Shown here one piece after another: positions 7,814 to 17,102 of a DNA stretch of 52,665 bases. The translations under genes were made by a program, and so were the position numbers. Location: assembly GCA_038326365.1 (NCBI GenBank), contig JBBQJY010000003.1, positions 1-52,665 of the forward strand, given 5' to 3'. Below the pieces are notes generated by a model that saw only the letters and a list, made by a program, of their open reading frames with translations, searched no databases and was not told the origin of the DNA. Each line of letters opens with the position of its first letter. Position 1 is the first letter of the stretch. Source of the DNA: Candidatus Curtissbacteria bacterium (GTDB lineage: Bacteria > Patescibacteriota > Microgenomatia > Curtissbacterales > GWA2-41-24).

Positions 7814-8807
7814 ACCAACTAAAAAAACTCTAATATTCGCTGTTTTTTTTATTATTCTGATTGTGGCACCCGTTGTTCTTAATCAGTATTATTTATACCT
7901 ACTGAGTCCCGTTTCGACGCAAAAAAATGAGGCAGAAAATATTTTTGTAATAACCCCTGGTCAGGGAATTGGAGCTATATCCCAAAATTTAAAAAAACAA
8001 AACTTGATTCGAAATGCCTTCGCGTTCCGGCTTTTGGTCGCCCAAATGGGTATCGGAAAGTCAATTCAAGCAGGAGATTTCAAAATTAGCCCAAGCTTGG
8101 GTGCCCATGATATTGCCCAGGAACTAACTCATGGGGCAATTGATGTTTGGATTACCTTGCCGGAGGGCTTGAGAATTGAAGAACAGGCAGAAAGAATCGA
8201 GCAAAAATTAAAGTTCGGTGAGAGCACGAACTACAACTTCGATAAAAAAGAATATTTAAAAATGGCTCGCGAAGGCTACATGTTTCCGGATACGTACTTA
8301 ATTCCTAAAGACGCCACAGCTCGACAGGTGGCAGACCGCTTAACGCAGACGTTTGACCAAAAGGTTCGATCCACTATTCTTGACAAGTCAAAGTCAAAGC
8401 TAACCGCAGACCAGATAGTAACATTGGCATCTTTAATAGAAAAAGAGGCGAAAACTTCAGAAGAAAAAACAACAATAGCCGGCATAATAATGAATCGCCT
8501 AAGCGCCAAAATGGCACTTCAAATAGATGCCGCCGTTGCCTACGCAAAAGGATATAACAGCGATAAAAAAACATGGTGGGATTTTGTAACTACAGACGAC
8601 TACAAAGATGTGAAATCTCCATATAATACATATTTAAATACAGGCCTGCCTCCTGGTCCAATCGATAGCCCGGGCATAGATTCAATTAAAGCCGCTCTGA
8701 ACCCAGCCGACACGGAATATCTCTACTACCTGCATGATGCACAAGGCAAAATTCACTACGCAAAGACGGCTGAGGAACACAACAAAAACATCCAAGACTT
8801 CCTATAA
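7806..8807 (+). CDS. mltG: Endolytic transglycosylase MltG
   Basis: N-terminal TM; ITLPEGLRIEE, EGYMFPDTY, LASLIEKEA, LQIDA, SPYNTYLNTGLPPGPIDSPG, YLYYLHD. Start set at ATG 7806. Confidence 0.95.
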   Translation: MVKPTKKTLIFAVFFIILIVAPVVLNQYYLYLLSPVSTQKNEAENIFVITPGQGIGAISQNLKKQNLIRNAFAFRLLVAQMGIGKSIQAGDFKISPSLGAHDIAQELTHGAIDVWITLPEGLRIEEQAERIEQKLKFGESTNYNFDKKEYLKMAREGYMFPDTYLIPKDATARQVADRLTQTFDQKVRSTILDKSKSKLTADQIVTLASLIEKEAKTSEEKTTIAGIIMNRLSAKMALQIDAAVAYAKGYNSDKKTWWDFVTTDDYKDVKSPYNTYLNTGLPPGPIDSPGIDSIKAALNPADTEYLYYLHDAQGKIHYAKTAEEHNKNIQDFL

Positions 8808-8850
8808 AAGATTCTTAAAATTGAATATCCAAAAGTTGTGTGATGATTAA

Positions 8851-9039
8851 TTGATGGACATAAAACGCTCTAGCGCAATCATAATTGTGGTCGGAATTTT
8901 ACTAATAGCCGCAATCTCTTTGGTATTTGTCCCTACGCTCGGGGCCAGGAATGTGAAGTTTTTGAAGCTAGTTTTTAGAAATTCTTATCCTCTTTACCTT
9001 ATATACATAAGGGGAGGGAATAATTTAAGCAATTCTTGA
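8851..9039 (+). pseudogene. Possible 5-prime remnant of a membrane/secreted protein gene, cut by the IS remnant at 8984
   Basis: Signal-anchor-like N-terminus (IIIVVGILLIAAISLVFV); the last ~18 codons lie inside the IS element. Confidence 0.3.
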
Positions 9040-9314
9040 ATTGGTTATGATCTTAACTTCCGCAATCTGCCAAGTAACCCTTCAAACATTTTATCCTGAT
9101 AACTTCTGTTATTGTAACGCCAATCGTATTCGTCAATGTATGCCTGTAGATACTTCTTGCTGACTTTAGTTTCTGTAGAAATATTATCTTTAAGCTGCTT
9201 TATATGCTCCAAACAAGCGTCATCATTCTTGTACTTTTCAGAAAACTACCGAGGCTAATCTTATTTCTCATAGCCTCAGATTCACGTACTTCTGACACGA
9301 TGTAAAGGGATAAG
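8984..9314 (-). mobile_element. Internally deleted IS1595-family element (MITE-like)
   Basis: Imperfect terminal inverted repeats CTTATCCTCTTTAC (8984-8997) and GTAAAGGGATAAG (9302-9314); minus strand 9271-9045 encodes transposase N-terminus (KYKNDDACLEHIKQL) fused to C-terminus (VSKKYLQAYIDEYDWRYNNR), with one frameshift. Confidence 0.8.
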
Positions 9315-9329
9315 TGCCACAATTAGTTG

Positions 9330-9359
9330 TTGACAAGACCCAGAACACAATGGTATAAA
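9330..9359 (+). promoter_or_regulatory. Sigma70-type promoter for rpoBC
   Basis: TTGACA (9330-9335), 18 nt, TGgTATAAA (extended -10, 9351-9359). Confidence 0.7.
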
Positions 9360-9365
9360 TCTCAG

Positions 9366-9536
9366 ACGCATCCTTAACGGGAGGTATTTTGTGTACCTCT
9401 AGTTTTTTGGGTGTTATCAGCTAAATTCCTGTGGGTCATCTCAACTAATAGATTCCCCTCTGCAGCTGCAGAGTCGAGTGGTCCCCATTTGCCCTGGCGC
9501 AAGTACCTGCCGTACATAAATTAGAAAGAAAAACCT
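9366..9536 (+). ncRNA. Candidate structured 5-prime leader or small RNA upstream of rpoB
   Basis: Long-range helix 9377-9389 with 9501-9513, local hairpin 9381-9399 plus T-run, nested helix 9431-9442 with 9476-9488, perfect 16-nt palindrome 9458-9473. Confidence 0.45.
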
Positions 9537-12500
9537 GTGTCTAAAAGAATATCCTGGGGACAATCTAACAACGTAAATTTACCTAATCTTGATTTGGTTA
9601 AGATCCAAAGGGATTCCTTTGCTGATTTTTTGGAAACTAATATTCGTGAAGTTATCGATGAAATTTCGCCTATCGAGGACTTCACCGGCAAGAATTTTGT
9701 TCTAGAACTGGGGAATTATACGTTTGGCAAACCTAAATACACCCCCGAAGAGTGTCTCAAAAAAGGAATCACCTACGATGTACCGCTTAAAGTTGAAGCA
9801 ACAGTAACTAACAAGCAAACTGGCGGCAAAAATTCCCAGGAAGTTTTTCTCTGCGACTTACCGCTGATGTTAGAAAAAGGTTCTTTTATAATCAACGGTA
9901 TTGAGCGAGCTGTAGTAACTCAGCTAGTTCGAGCACCGGGAGTTTACTACTCTGCCGAAATAGATCCGTCCACCGGAAAAACTCTCTACAATTGTGAAAT
10001 CAGGCCTCAGCGAGGTTCTTGGCTCGAGTTTGCAATTACCAAAAATGATCTAATAACTGTCAAAATCGACAGGCGCCGAAAGTTTCCTGTAACCACCTTC
10101 CTCCGAGCAATCGGTTTCGAAAACAATGACGACATTATCAAGCTTCTAGACCCAATTACCGACGAAAATACTCGAGAATTAGTTCAGAACACTCTCCAAA
10201 AAGATTCCACGACAAATCGTGATGAAGCACTTCTAGAAATTTACAGAAGGATGAGGCCCGGCGACCACGTAATTTTAGACAACGCTAAGGCTTTGATAGA
10301 AAACATGTTCTTTAACCCCCGCAGATACTCTTTGGGAGTTGTTGGCAGATACAAAATGCAAAAGCGCTTAAAGACTCTTAAGGAAAAACTTCCCGAAGCA
10401 AAAGACGAAGATGTAAATAGCCAAATTTTAACTTCGGCAGACTTCATAGCATCAATTGGTTACCTTTTTGAACTGATGAAAGGCAACGGCCGCCTAGACG
10501 ATATCGACCACTTGGGTAATCGCCGCCTGAGGCGAGTTGGAGAATTAGTTGCCCAAAATGCATTTCGAATCGGAATTTTGAGACTCGAGCGTGTTATTAA
10601 AGAAAGAATGAGCTTAACCCCTGTCGAAGAGGGAGTTCCCTCGCCATCTGCCTTAATCAACGCCCGCCCAATTATCTCCGCAATTAACGAATTTTTCCGC
10701 TCATCACAGCTTTCTACAATTTTGGACCAAACCAACCCACTTTCCGAACTTGATAATCTTCGTCGTCTAACGGTTATGGGAACCGGTGGAATTGCCCGAG
10801 AACGAGCTGCTTTTTCAATTCGAGATATTAACCACTCTCAGTACTCCAGAATTTGTCCAATTAGATCCCCCGAAGGTCCAAACATCGGCCTTGTTACTTA
10901 TATGGCTCTCTACTGCCGAGTTAACGACTACGGATTCCTGGAGGCCCCTTACAGAAAAGTAGTTAAAGAAATAAACGGCAAAGCCAGGGTAACGGATGAG
11001 ATTGTATATCTGGCAGCTGACGATGAAGAAGAGTTCTATATTACCCATGCCCAAATTCAAATAGACGCGAGGGGCAACATTGCTGAAGATCGTATACCTG
11101 TGCGCTATAAGGGCGAATTCACAACAGCCGAGCAAGGCATGCTCAATTATATAGACGTTGTTCCTAGACAAGTTGTCGGAACGTCTGCCTCTTTAATTCC
11201 CTTCCTCGCCAACGACGAAACTAATCGAGCTCTTATGGGTACTCACATGCAATGCCAAGCTGTACCGCTTATTAAGCCGCAGGCACCAATAGTTGGAACC
11301 GGTATGGAAGAAGTTGTCGGGGTCAATATGGGACGGGCAATTCAAGCACAAGAAGACGGAGAAATAATTTATGTTGATAGTAAAAAAATAATCCTTAAGA
11401 ATAAAAATGAAGAAATAACTATCCCAATTCAAAAATTTGCCAGATCTCCCCAAAGCACCTGTTATTCTCAAAGACCACGCGTTGCAATGGGCGACAAAGT
11501 TAAAAAGGGTGACACACTAATTGACGGCTCTGCAACAGATGATGGTGAACTTTCTTTGGGTCAAAATTTAACCATCGCCTACATGAGCTTCGATGGTCTA
11601 GGCTACGAAGACGCAATCGTTATCTCCGATCGCCTGTCTCGAGATGATGTCTTAACCTCAATTCATATTGAAGAACACGAAACATCAGTTGTAGAGACTA
11701 AACTTGGACCAGAAGAAACAACTCGAGATATCCCCAACGTCTCCGAAGAACAGCTCAAATACCTAGACGAAGATGGAATTGTAGTTGTGGGTGCCGAAGT
11801 TGGCCCCAATGACATCTTGGTTGGCAAAATTGCCCCCAAAGGAGAGACAGAACTCTCAGCAGAAGAAAGACTACTTCGCACAATTTTCGGTGAAAAAGCC
11901 AGAGAAGTTAGGGACACGTCATTGCGAGTTCCCCACGGAGAAAAAGGAACAGTAATTGATATTAAAATTCTTTCCCGAGACAAAGGCGATGAACTGGAGC
12001 ACGGAGCTCTCCAGAAAATAGTCGTCAAAATTGCCCAAATGCGCAAAGTTGTAGTCGGAGATAAAGTCGCAGGCAGGCACGGAAACAAAGGTGTTATCAG
12101 CAAGATTGTTCCAAGCGCTGATATGCCTTATCTTGAAGATGGAACGCCGATTGATATTATCATCAGTCCGCTTTCGGTTCTTTCTCGAATGAACTTAGGT
12201 CAGCTTCTGGAAACCCATTTGGGTTGGGCCGCCGAAAAATTGGGCCACAAAGTAGCATTGCCGGTTTTTGAAAGAGTCCCTGAAGAAAGAATTGTCGAGG
12301 AGCTGAAAAAGGCAGGATTACCAGCAGACGGACGAGCAATTCTTTACGATGGACGCAGTGGTTTGAAATTTGATCGACCGATTGTTGTGGGAAAAGCCTA
12401 CATCCTCAAGCTTATCCACATGGTCGAGGACAAAACGCACGCTCGCTCAACAGGCCCGTACTCCTTAATTACCCAACAGCCACTTGGTGGAAAAGCTCAA

Positions 12501-12896
12501 ATGGGTGGTCAGCGACTTGGAGAAATGGAAGTTTGGGCGCTTGAAGCGTATGGGGCAGCTTACACTTTGCAGGAAATGTTAACAATTAAATCAGACGACG
12601 TTGTCGGGCGAGCCAAAGCATTCGAAGCAATTATTAAAGGCGAAGAAATTCCTCAAGCTTTGATCCCAGAATCATTTAAAGTGCTCGTCAAAGAACTTAA
12701 CAGTTTGTCTCTTAACGTTCAAACGGTTGGCGCCAAGACAAAAGAAGAAGAAAAAATCGAACCCAAAGCAGAAGAAGCAGTTCGAGCCGCTCATGCATTG
12801 GCCGAAGCAGCTGGTGAACAAATCGTCGCCGTCGAAGGAGAATTAATAAAAGACAAAAGTCCAATGGAAGTAGAGGAGGTCAAGCAATCACTATGA
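9537..12896 (+). CDS. rpoB: DNA-directed RNA polymerase subunit beta
   Basis: GRLDDIDHLGNRRLR, SPEGPNIGL, GDKVAGRHGNKGVIS, GGQRLGEMEVWALEAYG; GTG start. Confidence 0.99.
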   Translation: MSKRISWGQSNNVNLPNLDLVKIQRDSFADFLETNIREVIDEISPIEDFTGKNFVLELGNYTFGKPKYTPEECLKKGITYDVPLKVEATVTNKQTGGKNSQEVFLCDLPLMLEKGSFIINGIERAVVTQLVRAPGVYYSAEIDPSTGKTLYNCEIRPQRGSWLEFAITKNDLITVKIDRRRKFPVTTFLRAIGFENNDDIIKLLDPITDENTRELVQNTLQKDSTTNRDEALLEIYRRMRPGDHVILDNAKALIENMFFNPRRYSLGVVGRYKMQKRLKTLKEKLPEAKDEDVNSQILTSADFIASIGYLFELMKGNGRLDDIDHLGNRRLRRVGELVAQNAFRIGILRLERVIKERMSLTPVEEGVPSPSALINARPIISAINEFFRSSQLSTILDQTNPLSELDNLRRLTVMGTGGIARERAAFSIRDINHSQYSRICPIRSPEGPNIGLVTYMALYCRVNDYGFLEAPYRKVVKEINGKARVTDEIVYLAADDEEEFYITHAQIQIDARGNIAEDRIPVRYKGEFTTAEQGMLNYIDVVPRQVVGTSASLIPFLANDETNRALMGTHMQCQAVPLIKPQAPIVGTGMEEVVGVNMGRAIQAQEDGEIIYVDSKKIILKNKNEEITIPIQKFARSPQSTCYSQRPRVAMGDKVKKGDTLIDGSATDDGELSLGQNLTIAYMSFDGLGYEDAIVISDRLSRDDVLTSIHIEEHETSVVETKLGPEETTRDIPNVSEEQLKYLDEDGIVVVGAEVGPNDILVGKIAPKGETELSAEERLLRTIFGEKAREVRDTSLRVPHGEKGTVIDIKILSRDKGDELEHGALQKIVVKIAQMRKVVVGDKVAGRHGNKGVISKIVPSADMPYLEDGTPIDIIISPLSVLSRMNLGQLLETHLGWAAEKLGHKVALPVFERVPEERIVEELKKAGLPADGRAILYDGRSGLKFDRPIVVGKAYILKLIHMVEDKTHARSTGPYSLITQQPLGGKAQMGGQRLGEMEVWALEAYGAAYTLQEMLTIKSDDVVGRAKAFEAIIKGEEIPQALIPESFKVLVKELNSLSLNVQTVGAKTKEEEKIEPKAEEAVRAAHALAEAAGEQIVAVEGELIKDKSPMEVEEVKQSL

Positions 12897-15800
12897 ACGA
12901 GTTAGTGGATTTTGAAGCCTTAAAAATAACTTTAGCCTCAACAGAGGAGATAAAAGCCTGGTCGTTTGGGGAGGTAACTAAGCCCGAAACCATCAATTAC
13001 CGAACACTGAAGCCCGAAAAAGATGGTCTTTTCGATGAGCGAATTTTTGGACCAACAAAGGACTGGGAATGTTACTGCGGCAAATATAAAAGAATTCGCT
13101 ATCGAGGAATAATTTGTGACAAATGTGGCGTTGAAGTAACCCAATCGCGTGTTCGCAGAGAAAGAATGGGCCATATCACACTTGCAGCTCCGGTTGTACA
13201 CAACTGGTTTTTCAAAGGCAGCCCCTCAAAGTTGGGACTTCTTTTGGATGTATCGCCAAGAAGTTTAGACGCCGTAGTATATTTTGCCTCTTATTTGGTA
13301 ATATCAGTCGATGATGATAAGAAAAAAGAAGTTTTGGATGATCTTGAAAAGGAACTTGATCGTAAAAGAAAAGAAGCCCAAGGAGGCTTAAAAGAAAGAT
13401 TAGACGACCAGGAAAAAGATGCAAAACGTGAAGTTGCCTCCATTAAATCTGGCCAAAAAGCAAAAGAAGCAGCCGACTTAAAAATCGAAGAAGCCCAGCT
13501 TTCTATGCGCCAAAGACAAGCCAAACTCAGGGAAGAAAATGCCACAGAGTCAGCAAGGCTTGAAGAAATTTATAAAAGCATTGCAGATATGGTTAATGCA
13601 ATTAAGCCTCTTGATCTTCTCTCGGAAGAAGAATATCTCAAGCTCGCCGATTACGACGCCGAAGTTTTTCTAAAAGTTGGCATGGGTGCCGAAGCAGTTC
13701 TTCAAGTACTAGAACACATCGATCTGGCAAAGCTTTCAGTCAAGCTCAGGGAAGAAATAACAACCACAACCGGTCAAAAACATATTAAGGCAACCAAAAA
13801 GCTCAGAGTTGTCGAAAGTATGCGCAAAGCAAGTCTCAATCCCATGTGGATGATTATGAAAGTTTTGCCCGTTCTTCCTCCGGACCTCAGACCCATGGTT
13901 CAGCTTTCTGGTGGCCGTTTTGCAACTTCTGATCTTAACGATCTTTATCGTCGTGTCATAAACAGAAACAATCGTCTGAAGAAACTAATAGAACTGGGAG
14001 CGCCGGAGATCATTTTGCGCAATGAAAAACGGATGCTCCAAGAGGCAGTGGACGCACTAATTGACTCTCAGCGAGTCAAAAGCACTCGAGCTTCCCAGGA
14101 TCTCAGATCACTTTCCGATATGCTGCGCGGAAAACAAGGCCGATTTAGGCAAAACTTGTTAGGAAAAAGAGTTGATTATTCTGGAAGGTCCGTTATCGTA
14201 GTTGGTCCGGAACTTGAACTTAGTCAAGCCGGTATTCCCAAAGAAATGGCGCTGGAAATTTTTAAACCCTTTGTACTTCGTGAGGTTATCGCCCAAGGTC
14301 ATGCTCCCAATGTAAAGAGCGCCAAACACTACCTCGAGCGTAGGTCCGGAGAAGTTTGGGATATTTTAGAGGCGATTACTATTAATCACCCCATTCTTTT
14401 GAATCGTGCACCAACACTCCACAGGCTCGGTATTCAGGCTTTTTACCCAATCTTAATTGAAGGTGATGCACTCAGGATTCACCCTTGTATCTGTGCCGGC
14501 TTTAATGCAGATTTCGACGGAGACCAAATGGCAATTCACGTACCGCTTTCTGAAAAGTCCAAAGAAGAAGCCAGAACTTTAATGATGGCTTCCAGGAATT
14601 TGGTTCGCCCAGCCGATGGTTCGCCAATTACACTTCCAAACAAAGAAATGGCGCTCGGTGTTTTCTATTTGACTTCAATCGACGAAAGCCAAGAAGAATA
14701 CGGCAACGTTTTTGTAGACGAAACCGAAGCTTTAATGGCACTGGCAACTGGAAAAATTTCTGCCCGACAGCCAATCACGGTCAAAATTGGCAAGGAAATA
14801 ATAAAAACATCAGCAGGCAGGGTGCGCTTCAATTTGCAGCTTCCCGAAAGCATGCGCTACATCAATGAAACCGTTTCCGCCGGTATGATTAAAAAACTTA
14901 TTAACTCAGCAATCGACGATATGAGCGAAGACGAAGTAAGTAAGTTAATCGACAGCCTTAAAGGCCTCGGTTTTGAAGGTGCAACGTTTTCAGGTTTATC
15001 AGTTAGCGTTTTTGACTGTCGTATTGTCCCAGACAAAGACAAAATTATTGACAAAGCCGATCAAGAGGTCGAAAAAATTGAGAAAAACTATCGAATGGGT
15101 CTTATTACCCGAGACGAGCAAAGAAGACTTTCCCAAGAAGTTTGGCTTTCTGTAACTAACGAGCTTGCCGATCTCACTTGGAGAAACCTAAATATCGATA
15201 ATTCTATTAAAATTATTTCTGATTCAGGTGGATCTCGAGCAACAGCCGAGCAGATTAAACAGCTCAGTGCGATGCGAGGACTTGTTACCGATCCTTCCGG
15301 TCAGATCGTACCTCTGCCTATTAAGTCTAACTTTCGAGAAGGCCTATCCGTCTTCGAATACTTCACCAGCGCTCGAGGTGCTCGAAAAGGTTTGGCAGAC
15401 CGCGCAATCAAAACAGCAGAATCTGGTTACCTTACCCGCAGGTTAGTAGATGTCGCCCACGATGCAATAATTAGAACCGAAGATTGTAAAACAAAAGAAG
15501 GGTTGCTCATGAGCTCCAAAGATAAACGCCAAGCCCATCTGGCCGCACGAATAGTTGGAAGAGTTGCATTGCAAGACATACTCTCTCCAAAGAGTAAGAA
15601 AGTAGTTATTCCTGCAAATATCTTAATTACAGAAGAGATGGCCCAACAAGCCATAGCGGAAGGAATAGAAGAAGCTCTAATTAGGTCTCCCTTAACATGC
15701 CAAGCAAAACCCGGTCTTTGTGGCCTATGTTACGGTAAGGATTTAGTCACTCGTGAACTTGTTGCAATTGGCACCCCCGTTGGTGTAATTGCGGCACAAA

Positions 15801-16576
15801 GTATCGGTGAACCCGGAACCCAGCTAACAATGAGAACCTTCCATACAGGTGGAATCGTTGGTCTGGACATCACCCAAGGTTTGCCACGTGTTGAAGAACT
15901 TTTTGAAGCTAGAACTCCTAAATATGTCGCCCAAATTGCCGAAATCACCGGTAGAGTGAAAATAGAAGAAGGCGAGGATGGATATACAATTCGTGTTAAA
16001 AGCACAAACGTTAAACCGCCGGAAGAACGCGAATACTTCGTTCTTCCTACAGCCGAGTTGACAGTTGCAGACGGAGATTTAATAACTGCCGGTACCCCGC
16101 TTTCGACCGGTTACCTGGACATTAAAGAAATACTTTCAATTTCCGGACTGCGAGCTTCTCAAAAATACATAATTGAAGGTGCTCAAGAAGTTTATGAAAA
16201 CCAGGGTGTTGCTATAAATGACAAACATTTTGAGGTAATTGTTAAGAAAATGAGCGAAAAAGTTAGAATTGAAACATCTGGCGATACAGTACTGTTGCCT
16301 GGAGAGCTGATTGATAAAAATCGTTTCCAGGACGAAAATGCTAAAGTTTTAGCGGAAGGCGGGGAACCGGCAACAGCCCAAGTTGTTGTTCTGGGTATTA
16401 CCCGTGCCGCACTTTATATCGAAAGCTTCCTTTCGGCAGCTTCATTCCAAGAGACAACCAGAATTCTAACCGATGCTGCAATCGAAGGTAAAACGGACAA
16501 ACTATTGGGACTAAAGGAGAACGTGATAATTGGAAGGCTAATTCCAACCTCCGAAGATCGTGCCCGAATCCAATAG
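12893..16576 (+). CDS. rpoC: DNA-directed RNA polymerase subunit beta-prime
   Basis: Zn finger CYCGKYK...CDKC, NADFDGD active site, GEPGTQLTMRTFH; ~99-aa coiled-coil insertion at 13310-13606. Confidence 0.99.
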   Translation: MNELVDFEALKITLASTEEIKAWSFGEVTKPETINYRTLKPEKDGLFDERIFGPTKDWECYCGKYKRIRYRGIICDKCGVEVTQSRVRRERMGHITLAAPVVHNWFFKGSPSKLGLLLDVSPRSLDAVVYFASYLVISVDDDKKKEVLDDLEKELDRKRKEAQGGLKERLDDQEKDAKREVASIKSGQKAKEAADLKIEEAQLSMRQRQAKLREENATESARLEEIYKSIADMVNAIKPLDLLSEEEYLKLADYDAEVFLKVGMGAEAVLQVLEHIDLAKLSVKLREEITTTTGQKHIKATKKLRVVESMRKASLNPMWMIMKVLPVLPPDLRPMVQLSGGRFATSDLNDLYRRVINRNNRLKKLIELGAPEIILRNEKRMLQEAVDALIDSQRVKSTRASQDLRSLSDMLRGKQGRFRQNLLGKRVDYSGRSVIVVGPELELSQAGIPKEMALEIFKPFVLREVIAQGHAPNVKSAKHYLERRSGEVWDILEAITINHPILLNRAPTLHRLGIQAFYPILIEGDALRIHPCICAGFNADFDGDQMAIHVPLSEKSKEEARTLMMASRNLVRPADGSPITLPNKEMALGVFYLTSIDESQEEYGNVFVDETEALMALATGKISARQPITVKIGKEIIKTSAGRVRFNLQLPESMRYINETVSAGMIKKLINSAIDDMSEDEVSKLIDSLKGLGFEGATFSGLSVSVFDCRIVPDKDKIIDKADQEVEKIEKNYRMGLITRDEQRRLSQEVWLSVTNELADLTWRNLNIDNSIKIISDSGGSRATAEQIKQLSAMRGLVTDPSGQIVPLPIKSNFREGLSVFEYFTSARGARKGLADRAIKTAESGYLTRRLVDVAHDAIIRTEDCKTKEGLLMSSKDKRQAHLAARIVGRVALQDILSPKSKKVVIPANILITEEMAQQAIAEGIEEALIRSPLTCQAKPGLCGLCYGKDLVTRELVAIGTPVGVIAAQSIGEPGTQLTMRTFHTGGIVGLDITQGLPRVEELFEARTPKYVAQIAEITGRVKIEEGEDGYTIRVKSTNVKPPEEREYFVLPTAELTVADGDLITAGTPLSTGYLDIKEILSISGLRASQKYIIEGAQEVYENQGVAINDKHFEVIVKKMSEKVRIETSGDTVLLPGELIDKNRFQDENAKVLAEGGEPATAQVVVLGITRAALYIESFLSAASFQETTRILTDAAIEGKTDKLLGLKENVIIGRLIPTSEDRARIQ

Positions 16577-16585
16577 CAACAACCC

Positions 16586-16614
16586 TCGACACAATAGAAT
16601 CAAGTTGTTATAAT
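16586..16614 (+). promoter_or_regulatory. Sigma70-type promoter of the str operon (near-leaderless rpsL)
   Basis: TCGACA (16586-16591), 17 nt, TATAAT (16609-16614) preceded by TGn; ATG 8 nt downstream. Confidence 0.75.
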
Positions 16615-16622
16615 ACTCGACT

Positions 16623-17102
16623 ATGCCGACCATCAATCAGCTAATTAGAAAAGGAAGAACTAGAAAACCGAAACGCGTTCGGGCAACTGCGCTTCGCCGC
16701 GCCTTCAATTCTCGCGCTAATCGCTATGTTTACTATCCTAGCGCCCAAAAACGGGGAGTTTGTACGGTTGTTAAAACAATGACTCCAAAAAAACCAAATT
16801 CCGCACTTAGAAAAGTTGCTCGTGTCAGGCTCAGCAACAAGCAAGAAGTGACAGCTTATATTCCTGGAATTGGCCATCAACTTGCCGAGCACTCAATCGT
16901 ATTAATCAGAGGCGGCCGTGTTAAAGATTTGCCTGGAGTGAAATACCACATAATTAGAGGCAAATATGACACAACAGGCGTCGCCAACAGAAAACAAAGT
17001 AGATCGCTTTACGGAACTAAAAAATCTGGCGCAACATCTGCAGCTGCCGCAGCAGCAGCGTCAGGAACAAGTGCGGGTACAGCTGCCGCAGGGGGACAAT
17101 AA
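16623..17102 (+). CDS. rpsL: 30S ribosomal protein uS12 with Ala-rich C-terminal tail
   Basis: [33 protein letters not shown]. Confidence 0.99.
   Translation: MPTINQLIRKGRTRKPKRVRATALRRAFNSRANRYVYYPSAQKRGVCTVVKTMTPKKPNSALRKVARVRLSNKQEVTAYIPGIGHQLAEHSIVLIRGGRVKDLPGVKYHIIRGKYDTTGVANRKQSRSLYGTKKSGATSAAAAAAASGTSAGTAAAGGQ

Noticed and set aside
8970-9326. 8-bp target-site duplication around the IS remnant
   Set aside because: Left and right flanks do not match at any plausible end position
9366-9420. L10 leader assignment for the rpoB upstream RNA
   Set aside because: AGACGCA and CTTAA words resemble it, but the paired CCTGC...GAG arm is not in register and rplJL is not downstream; left as an unassigned candidate
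9537-16576. Inteins or introns in rpoB/rpoC (also considered for recA)
   Set aside because: Lengths and motif spacing are normal; no Cys/Ser...His-Asn splice motifs; the beta-prime insert is a charged coiled coil
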